Assembly: GCA_002269645.1 (NCBI GenBank)
Contig: NIVC01002994.1
Location: 1-38,439, forward strand
DNA: 38,439 nucleotides
Direction of reading: 5' to 3'
Source: Macrostomum lignano
Lineage: Eukaryota
Both the position numbers and the translations under genes were made by a program. Position 1 is the first letter of the stretch. The number at the start of each line of letters is the position of its first letter. This document shows, one piece after another, positions 25,743 through 34,336 of this stretch. Under the pieces are notes generated by a model. It saw only the letters and a list, made by a program, of their open reading frames with translations. It made no database searches and was not told where the DNA came from.

Positions 25743-26446
25743 CTCTTTAAATCTTGCATCGCCAATCATGCCTACAAGGTACAGTCCAGTTAGAAATGCT
25801 CTGCTTGGCTACACTGGGGTGCATATTGAATAATTTGATTTGGGTTGGCAGTGACTGCACCCAAGGTCGCGAGTCTGTTGGTATTTATTTGGCTATTTGT
25901 TTTTACCCAGTTTTAACCCGCGCCTGTACTGTTTTATGCGCTCTGTCTTTTATCCTACTCTTAATGCGAAATTATTTAAGCTACTTTACGTTTCTCAAAT
26001 TATAACAATAGAACTGCGACTTGTAACGTTTTGAATTCTCTTGATCTTTTAAGCCTAATGCAACCTCGATAGCTTAGAGATTTATCCTTGTGTTCCTTGC
26101 TTGTTATAATTAAACACCAAATTTTCAAAGGATGTGGAAAATCGCTCAGATATGTTGGCCTATGGTACGATTGTGTATAGAAATACGAGTATTACACAAT
26201 ATTGCTGACACGTGTCATTAGCCAGTATGCATTGTTTTTCCTGGTTTTAAATATACGCAACTCAGTTGTATAATTATATGTATAACTTGATTGGTTCTAT
26301 TGCCAACTGCATGGCTTAACAGTAGATGACCTTAACTGTACCGTTTGACCTTCTGCCGTTCATTCTTTATCATTGATGCCCTAACACTGGGCATGGGTTA
26401 ATGAGTGCTGTATCTATCTTAATTTCACTGATTTAGGTCCGTTCTA

Positions 26447-28024
26447 CTGACGCCAATGATTCAGGTCACTGACACCAATGATTCAGGTTACTGACATCAA
26501 TGATTCAGGTCACTGACACCAATGATTCAGGTCACTGACATCAATGATTCAGGTTACTGACATCACTGATTCAGGTTACTGACACCAATGATTCAGGTTA
26601 CTGACATCACTGATTCAGGTTACTGACACCAATGATTCAGGTTACTGACATCAATGATTCAGGTTACTGACATCAATGATTCAGGTTACTGACATCACTG
26701 ATTCAGGTTACTGACACCAATGATTCAGGTTACTGACATCACTGATTCAGGTTACTGACACCAATGATTCAGGTTACTGACATCAATGATTCAGGTTACT
26801 GACATCAATGATTCAGGTTACTGACACCAATGATTCAGGTTACTGACGCCAATGATTCAGGTCACTGACATCAATGATTCAGGTTACTGACACCAATGAT
26901 TCAGGTTACTGACACCAATGATTCAGGTCACTGACACCAATTATTCAGGTTACTGACACCAATGATTCAGGTCACTGACACCAATGATTCAGGTTACTGA
27001 CACCAATGATTCAGGTTACTGACATCACTGATTCAGGTCACTGACATCAATGATTCAGGTTACTGACACCAATGATTCAGGTTACTGACACCAATGATTC
27101 AGATTACTGACGCCAATGATTCAGGTCACTGACACCAATGATTCAGGTTACTGACGCCAATGATTCAGGTTACTGACATCAATGATACAGGTTACTGACA
27201 CCAATGATTCAGGTTACTGACACCAATGATTCAGGTCACTGACGCCAATGATACAGGTTACTGACACCAATGATACAGGTTACTGACACCAATGATTCAG
27301 ATTACTAACACCAATGATTCAGATTACTAACACCAATGATTCAGGTTACTGACACCAATGATTCAGGTTACTGACGCCAATGATTCAGGTTACTGACATC
27401 AATGATACAGGTTACTGACACCAATGATTCAGGTTACTGACACCAATGATTCAGGTCACTGACGCCAATGATACAGGTTACTGACACCAATGATACAGGT
27501 TACTGACACCAATGATTCAGATTACTAACACCAATGATTCAGATTACTAACACCAATGATTCAGGTTACTGACACCAATGATTCAGGTTACTGACACCAA
27601 TGATTCAGGTTACTGACACCAATGATTCAGGTTACTGACACCAATGATTCAGGTTACTGACACCAATGATTCAGGTTACTGCCATCAATGATTCAGGTTA
27701 CTGACACCAATGATTCAGGTTACTGACACCAATGATTCAGGTTACTGACATCAATGATTCAGGTTACTGACACCAATGATTCAGGTTACTGACATCAATG
27801 ATTCAGATTACTGACATCAATGATTCAGGTTACTGACACCAATGATTCAGGTTACTGACACCAATGATTCAGGTTACTGACACCAATGATTCAGGTTACT
27901 GACACCAATGATTCAGGTTACTGACACCAATGATTCAGGTTACTGACACCAATGATTCAGGTTACTGACACCAATGATTCAGGTTACTAAACACCAATGA
28001 TTCAGGTTACTAACACCAATGATT
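26447..28024. repeat. 22-bp minisatellite (ACTGACACCAATGATTCAGGTT), ~72 copies
   Basis: Period 22; a second block of the same repeat lies at 28359-28575. Confidence 0.96.
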
Positions 28025-28128
28025 CATCGATTAACAAATCGACTATCTGAATCTGGCCAGAAAATGGAACCCGCTGCTCCAACCGAACCGCTATTCAAAT
28101 GAATCAGTTTTGGCCATAGACATAATCG

Positions 28129-28358
28129 AGACGGTGATGTGTCTGTGGGTGCAGTGTGGGTATCGGGGAGACGGTGATGTGTCTGTGGGTGCAGTGTGGG
28201 TATCGGGGAGACGGTGATGTGTCTGTGGGTGTATTGTGGGTATCGGGGAGGCGGTGATGTGTCTGTGGGTGCAGTGCAGTGGGTATCGGGGAGACGGTGA
28301 TGTGTCTGTGGGTGCAGTGTGGGTATCGGGGAGACGGTGATGTGTCTGTGGGTGCATG
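28129..28358. repeat. 40-bp minisatellite (AGACGGTGATGTGTCTGTGGGTGCAGTGTGGGTATCGGGG), orphan block
   Basis: Same unit as the DM9 intron array at 29240-29678. Confidence 0.92.
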
Positions 28359-28575
28359 GTTACTGACATCAATGATTCAGGTCACTGACACCAATGATTC
28401 AGGTCACTGACACCAATGATTCAGGTCACTGACACCAATGATTCAGGTCACTGACACCAATGATTCAGGTTACTGACACCAATGATTCAGTTACTGACAT
28501 CAATGATTCAGGTTACTGACACCAATGATTCAGGTTACTAAACACCAATGATTCAGGTTACTAACACCAATGATT
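28359..28575. repeat. Second block of the 22-bp ACTGACACCAATGATTCAGGTT array
   Basis: Direct reading; ends with the same TACTAAACACC...TACTAACACC variants as the first block. Confidence 0.93.
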
Positions 28576-28829
28576 CATCGATTAACAAATCGACTTTCTG
28601 AATCTGGCCAGAAAATGGAACCCGCTGCTCCAACCGAACCGCTATTCAAATGAATCAGTTTTGGCCATAGACATAATCGTACGACTGGGACACCGCGGCT
28701 TTGAAACGAAAAATCAGCTTTAACATTTCTGCCACCCTATAAAGACGATTCCCAAATACTTTTTGTGTGTACGATCGCTTAGCGATAAATTGCTCTTCTC
28801 CCACTAACTCAACATTGAATATTGCGGCA

Positions 28830-30067
28830 ATGTCAACAGTGTTCAGCGCTAGCGGCATGTCTAAGGAGCTCAGGTTGAGCTGGTGTCAGAGGCAGCTGAT
28901 TCACTCGTGCCAGCGCCTATCCGAGCTGGTCATCCCGGCCAGCGCGACAACTGTCGGGGTGGCGCATACGATGATTCACGACTGTCCTCCAGGCGGGATG
29001 GTGTGCGTCGGCCGGGCACTGTGCGACAGCGAGTGGTGCCCCGGGTACTTCTTGATCGGCAGCGGCGCCGTGGCTGATGAATCGACCTCCATACCTGTGG
29101 CCACCGGTCTGCAGCTGTTCGCCGCCTCGTTTGACAGCTGCGTGCGCTGCAAAGACTTCGAGGTTTGAGCGCGGATTGTTGCTTCTACGGGTCTCTGTGG
29201 GTGTACATGTGACTGCTGACTGAACTGCAGTTGAGTGTCTGTGAGTGCAGTGTGGGTATCGGGGAGACGGTGATGTGTCTGTGGGTGCAGTTTGGGCATC
29301 GGGGAGACGGTGATGTGTCTGTGGATGCAGTGTGGGTATCGAGGAGACGGTGATGTGTCTGTGGGTGCAGTGTGGGTATCGGGGAGACGGTGATGGGTCT
29401 ATTGGTGCAGTGTGGGTATCGGGGAGACGGTGATGTGTCTGTGGGTGTATTGTGGGTACCGGGGAGACGTTGACGTGTCTGTGGGTGTATTGTGGGTATC
29501 GGGGAGACGGTGATGTGTCTGTGGGTGCAGTGTGGGTATCGGGGAGACGGTGATGGGTCTATTGTTGGTGCAGTGTGGGTATCGGGGAGACGGTGATGTG
29601 TCTGTGGGTGCAGTTTGGGTATCGGGGAGACGGTGATGTGTCTGTGGGTGCAGTGTGGGCATCGGGAGACGGTGATGGTAAACTCACCATAAAACTTTCA
29701 GGTGCTAATCTATACTGGCTTGTTAAATTTCGATATCGACTCACACCACTGGCTGGCCTGGCAGAGCTCCCGCGAGGTGCCAGACAACGCTCTTATCGCC
29801 GGCACCCGCCAGGGTTTGCCAGTGTACGTTGCCCGAACTAAAGTGGGTGAAAACGCCTACGTGATTGGCGGCTTTGTTCCACACTTGCGCCTGGCCACGT
29901 TTAACTATCAGATGCGGCTGCTGCAGCGCAACCGGGACTTTGAGCTGCTTATCATGGGCAGCAGGACTGGTCTTGAAAAAATGCTTGATCCACCAGCGTC
30001 GTACGACAAAGCTCTTGATACTGGTAAAGCGATGAATGGGCAATTGGATTCTTATGTATTTGATTGA
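28830..30067 (+). CDS. DM9-repeat (DUF3421-like) protein, ~232 aa; exons 28830-29162 and 29702-30067
   Basis: The phase-0 junction GAG|gtttga...ttttcag|GTG gives DFEVL. Two DM9-like repeats: VIPASATTVG...GGMVCVGRA...CPGYF...DFEVL and W...EVPDNALIAGTRQGLPVYVAR...IGGFVP...ATFNY...DFELL. The start codon is chosen by context and is uncertain. Confidence 0.72.
29240..29678. repeat. 40-bp minisatellite in the DM9 intron
   Basis: About 11 units of GGGGAGACGGTGATGTGTCTGTGGGTGCAGTGTGGGTATC. Confidence 0.93.
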
Positions 30068-30659
30068 TTTTTTGCTTTTTTCGCGTTGGTCAATTTTAAC
30101 AGAATCAGTTTAAACGACTGTTAATGTCTTGCCATAAATATAAATTACGTGATTCTGTGATGTTCCATGGAGTGTGTTTCTAGTAAATTGAGCTGATTGA
30201 ACATCTATACTTTCGGATTTCCGTCTTTGCATTTATTAACATTAACTTGCATTAACTGCTGTGCATTAACACAACACTGTATTCCCACTTGACCATATTC
30301 CGGTATTCAAACTTTGGCCATCTTCATTCTTCTAACAGGATTTAGGAAATAAAAAAGGTTTACAAATTAAAATAAAGGAATTGCAAGATTTTAAAGTGGT
30401 TATTGACAGAATGAGCTAGAATAACCTCGATTTCCGGTTTTGCTTCTAATATGAGCAGATTAAGTAAGATAGTAAGCAAAGGATACGGCAAATAAACTTT
30501 CATAGGCGTAGGAACGTTTCAAAAAGTGGGGGGGGGCAGGTTCAGTGACGATTTAGGGGGGGGGGGGGGGGCGGGGCGCACGCCCCCGTCGAGTTATTAG
30601 ATTTTATATATGAAAAATGCACATGATCATGTACCGATTATTTTCAGAATCCATCTTGT

Positions 30660-30780
30660 CAGCACTCATTTTATAAAGCGCCGCAGGCACTCATTTTAGC
30701 GTCGCAGTCCCGCATTTTAGCGCCGCAGGCACTCATTTTGGCGCTGCAGGCGCTATGTTTTGTCGCCCTGCAGCAAAATG
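30660..30780. repeat. Short copy of the 21-bp GCGCCGCAGGCACTCATTTTA family with its unique 3' flank
   Basis: Units and the following CTATGT(A/T)TTGTCG.CCT...GCAAAAT match 20093-20370. Confidence 0.75.
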
Positions 30781-31189
30781 CATTCATGCAAAGCAGCAAA
30801 AACCAAAAATAAGCAAGAAGTCTAAATTTTATTTAAAATGTGAAGGGGCCAGTGTGACAGTGTGATTCGTAGAAGCGCGTGTATCGTATTTCTTTATTTT
30901 CATATGCATACCGTGCTACTACTGTATTCTTCCATTTATTTTAACAATATTCGTACGTATTATTATCGCGCTATTTTTACTGTTAATTGCTTTGTTTTTG
31001 TAGCCTCGTATGTATTTATTCTGTTATTTGTATTTCATTCATATCGTTATTATTTCTCGTAAAGTAGTTCTACTTATGTACATGTACTGACGTATGTTAT
31101 TCTTGCATGATCTATTTATCGATTAATTTGTACATGTACATTGCGCGCCGCGTGGGGGGTTGTTTGTCTGGGTTTTGGATTAAGGGTGT

Positions 31190-31290
31190 TAGTAGTAGTA
31201 TGTTATAAGGGGCTGCGCCACACTTATTGCTCGGGCGCATTGCGCGCCAGCTCGCTGGATGACTCAACCCCTTATAACATACTACTACTA
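31190..31290. repeat. Perfect 23-bp inverted repeat with Polinton-like AGTAGT/ACTACT ends
   Basis: TAGTAGTAGTATGTTATAAGGGG (31190-31212) and CCCCTTATAACATACTACTACTA (31268-31290), with a 55-nt GC-rich spacer. Confidence 0.9.
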
Positions 31291-31713
31291 CCAGGAGGTC
31301 ATGGGTTCAAGTGGGGTGTGATAAATATAAAAATATATAAATATACATATATCTGTGACTGAGGGTGTTGAGGGTGAGGGCATGTGGGGGGCATTGGCCT
31401 GTGGTATATTTCTCAGAAGACAGAATTTCCGGATTTTTTATACTTTTAAAAAGGGGGGTGCCCTCGCCCTCATGCCCTCACTCATTTTGAAAATCACTAA
31501 AAATAAGTGAAAAATGACTAAAAACAGGCGAAAATGGTCTGAAAACAGCGATTTTTTGTGATTTTCAAAAATTTTGAAAAAGTGCAATTTTCACGATTCC
31601 AGCTCTAAAACCATGAGAAAAGTTGGATTCACGGGTCAATTTAATGCAATTTCAGGTATATACAATATGAAAGTGTCATCCAATTCAACGATAGTAAATT
31701 ATATATATATAAA

Positions 31714-31845
31714 ATGGCCTTCAGTAAACCATTATTTCTAGGAAATGCTTTAGATATTCAGTCAGCTATAACAAAACTACCACCCATCTTCGCCACTGGA
31801 AAATACCCAGGAGAACTTCATATTCCAGGGTATTCTTTTGCAGGT
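31714..31845 (+). CDS. PLA2-integrase fusion, exon 1 (44 codons; below the ORF-track cut-off)
   Basis: MAFSKPLFLGNALDIQSAITKLPPIFATGKYPGELHIPGYSFAG is the N-terminal half of a parvovirus-VP1u-type PLA2 Ca2+ loop. It ends in U, as group I 5' exons do. Confidence 0.88.
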
Positions 31846-32725
31846 TACGTAGTGGCCTGAGTGAGGAAGTCAATGTCCTTGCTAGTCATCAAATAAGCAC
31901 TTGTTAAAGTTTCTATAGTAAAAATGGAGCAAACAATTCGAGAAATTCTTCTGAAACCAATTGATGATAAGGTTGGGCATGATCAAATTCTTCATGATCT
32001 TTTCCAAGAAGAGTTAATAATTTCACACAAGATTAAAGTTATTCAAATGAGACTAGGCAGACTATATGAAATATTAGCAGAAAATTATTTTGGATTCGAG
32101 AAGGTAAAAAAGATAGACCTGGTTCACGTTGAGCGAAAGATTGCATTAGAGCTTAAATCTTCTGATAACACGGACAATTCATCAAGTCGTGAAAGGAATT
32201 ATCAGAAACTATTAGACTATAAAAATTCTTATCCCACCTATCAGTTGTATTATGTATGCATCAATAAAACTACAAAGGAACCTAAGAATATTTTACTAGA
32301 CAATGGAATCACCCTTATAACAGGAGAATTTGCATTGAAATTTCTTTATGGTGATCAATACAAAAACATTATAACCAACATTAAACAAGTGCTTAGTGAT
32401 TGGCGACACCTTCAAATTGCGGGAACTCCGTCCGATTCTAGTACGTCAATAACAGCCTCAAGTACCACTTCAGTTGAGAAATCTTCTGAAGGAACACAGG
32501 TAATTCCTGTTCCCAATCGGACTTCGTCCGCGAACCTATGGTTCGATGGTAACAAGCTTGAGGACATGGTGGAAATCCGCAGCCAAGCTCCTAAGTCCGA
32601 ACGAAGTTGACAAGGATATGGAGAAGGTTCAGAGACTTAATGGGGGTGGGGCTGAAGGATCTGGTCAATCCTGATGAAGCCTTAAGATAAAGTCCAGCCT
32701 CTTTCGAAAGATTGAGGAACAACTG
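31846..32725 (+). ncRNA. Group I self-splicing intron (880 nt; IC1-like architecture with P2.1 and extended P5)
   Basis: Conserved motifs: P AAATTGCGGGAA (32414), Q AATCCGCAGC (32574), R GTTCAGAGACTTAA (32627), S AAGATAAAGTCC (32684). Pairable helices: P1 with U31845.G31855, P3 (32407-14/32641-48), P4, P6, P7, P8, P9 with a GAAA loop, and P9.0. Terminal G at 32725. Removal restores an in-frame GYSFAG|PGT. Confidence 0.93.
31924..32610 (+). CDS. Intron-encoded PD-(D/E)XK nuclease, restriction-endonuclease-like (resembles the Eco47II family); putative homing endonuclease
   Basis: Motifs QMRLGRLYE, IDL, ELK and NTDNSSS in the first ~160 aa. The ORF starts inside the P2.1 loop with the element's TAAAAATG start motif. 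The last ~68 codons are read-through across the ribozyme core. Confidence 0.75.
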   Translation: MEQTIREILLKPIDDKVGHDQILHDLFQEELIISHKIKVIQMRLGRLYEILAENYFGFEKVKKIDLVHVERKIALELKSSDNTDNSSSRERNYQKLLDYKNSYPTYQLYYVCINKTTKEPKNILLDNGITLITGEFALKFLYGDQYKNIITNIKQVLSDWRHLQIAGTPSDSSTSITASSTTSVEKSSEGTQVIPVPNRTSSANLWFDGNKLEDMVEIRSQAPKSERS

Positions 32726-33952
32726 CCGGGTACAAATTTAGACAAGAGACTCAATCCAATTACAGACCGGCCTCGGTATGACAGTCTACCAATTAACCCA
32801 ATCGATTGGACTGCTTACTATCATGACAAAAACTATAGAGATGCTGAAAACACTTCTTCAAATCCAGAGGAAGCTCTAGCAAAGAAGCATATAGCTGATG
32901 AAAAAATGATAGCTGATTTAGATGCTATTCCAACCAGTGACTTGTCTGTGAAAGAGAGACTCATTCGAAATCTAGTAAATCGTATTATCAAGGCTAAAGT
33001 TCGGTTTGGATTAGGCATTCATACTCACAACCCCAACAATTGTATAGACTGTCTAACAATTTATGGTAAGGGTCTTAGCTATGAAGATGCAGTAAAATTG
33101 CATAAAGAATATCGAAAGCCAAGAGTATTTAGAAAAATGATTCACTATGCAAAAGACACAATTTGGCATGCAGATATCATTATCCTTCCTCCTGAAAGAG
33201 GTTACAAATATGCTCTCACTATCATAGATGGTTTTACACGTTACGCCTGGGCAGTTCCTTTGAAAACAAAGACGGGAGCGGAAGTTGCAGAAGCTTTCCA
33301 AAAAGTATTTAAGGAATCAGGAAGACGACCAGAGAGACTTTGTGTAGATGAAGGCAAGGAGTTTTATAATCAGCATATGTACAAGCTATATTCGTTTTCA
33401 AAAGACAACATTAGAAAGAAGGATGAAAAGGGTGAATATATAAACAAGATGTTTTCAATTTATGGCGAGTCCAAGAATGCAATGATTGAGAGGTTCAATC
33501 GTACTCTCACAAATAAACTCTGGTTTGAATTTGATCTACAGGGTAATCAGAAGTGGCTCCACACATTGCCAGCTATTGTTGAAAAATACAACAACACAAT
33601 CCATTCTGAGATTCTGATAACTCCTTCAGAAGCATCTAAACATCCTGAGCGAGTACCAAAGCCAACTTTCGAGTATTCAAATGAGAAACCAAACTTCAAA
33701 GTAGGTGACAAAGTTCATATCTATAGATATAAGGAGCACTTTGAAAAGGGTCGAAGAGGATATTGGAAAATTTCAGAAGTGTTTAGGATAAAGAAAATAG
33801 TTTACTCAAATCCCATAACTTACATAATTGAGGATGAGAATGGAGAAGAAATCATTGGATCATTTTACAAATCCCAGCTTCTACCAGCAAATTTTTCAAC
33901 TAAAAATGAGCGCCTATCGAACAAACTGCAAACGGGCGAAAGGTCAGATTGA
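32726..33952 (+). CDS. PLA2-integrase fusion, exon 2 (spliced product 452 aa)
   Basis: In frame with track ORF 32906: PGTNLDKRL...PINPIDWTAYYHDKNY...HIADEKM (PLA2 His-Asp dyad and second Asp), then HTH...CIDC, then an rve core WHADII / CVDEGKEF / MIERFNRTL and the Polinton-type C-terminus FKVGDKV...PITYII.D..GEEIIGSFY. Confidence 0.93.
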   Translation, partial: PGTNLDKRLNPITDRPRYDSLPINPIDWTAYYHDKNYRDAENTSSNPEEALAKKHIADEKMIADLDAIPTSDLSVKERLIRNLVNRIIKAKVRFGLGIHTHNPNNCIDCLTIYGKGLSYEDAVKLHKEYRKPRVFRKMIHYAKDTIWHADIIILPPERGYKYALTIIDGFTRYAWAVPLKTKTGAEVAEAFQKVFKESGRRPERLCVDEGKEFYNQHMYKLYSFSKDNIRKKDEKGEYINKMFSIYGESKNAMIERFNRTLTNKLWFEFDLQGNQKWLHTLPAIVEKYNNTIHSEILITPSEASKHPERVPKPTFEYSNEKPNFKVGDKVHIYRYKEHFEKGRRGYWKISEVFRIKKIVYSNPITYIIEDENGEEIIGSFYKSQLLPANFSTKNERLSNKLQTGERSD

Positions 33953-34328
33953 AACGTCTGATTCACAACTACTAGCTGATAAAGAGGGTGAAGGAATTGG
34001 TGATATGATCAGTGGTGTCACAAACTTTTTATCAAATCATGGAAGTAAAATTGTGAGTGGAGCTGATGCAATAGGTAAAACAGCTACCACAGCGAAGAAC
34101 ATATTCGATGCGAAGAAATCATACAGTGACATGTCTAAAGCAGGTGAGGAACTGGAATATATTAAAAAGAAACGTAGAGATAAAGAAGCAAAGAAAATAA
34201 TGGAAGAAGAGCAACAGATAGCTTCTCAATCAAATAAGGCTATTCAAGATATTGTTAAAAAGGCTCTAGGAACAGCAGAACAGTCTCAAGTGTCTTTGAG
34301 ACAAGGCAATGGTTTGAAGAAATTCTGA
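33906..34328 (+). CDS. Small Polinton virion/core-like protein (140 aa), function unknown
   Basis: Start reassigned to TAAAAATG at 33906. Amphipathic segment after EGEG (IGDMISGVTNFLS), K/E-rich helix and a terminal QGNG motif. Confidence 0.75.
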   Translation: MSAYRTNCKRAKGQIETSDSQLLADKEGEGIGDMISGVTNFLSNHGSKIVSGADAIGKTATTAKNIFDAKKSYSDMSKAGEELEYIKKKRRDKEAKKIMEEEQQIASQSNKAIQDIVKKALGTAEQSQVSLRQGNGLKKF

Positions 34329-34336
34329 CCTTAAAA

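Noticed and set aside
32671-32710. Hammerhead-like CUGAUGA...GAAA inside the intron
   Set aside because: No stem II between the two motifs; the bases are already used by P8, P7 and P9.
31844-32716. Spliceosomal explanation of the PLA2 interruption (GT at 31844)
   Set aside because: The nearest AGs (32710, 32716) give the wrong phase and there is no polypyrimidine tract, whereas the U/G group I boundaries restore the conserved GPG exactly.
32906-32908. ORF-track start of the integrase (and 33828 for the next ORF)
   Set aside because: 32906 is an internal Met 60 codons into exon 2; 33828 overlaps the integrase and lacks the TAAAAATG motif found at 33906.
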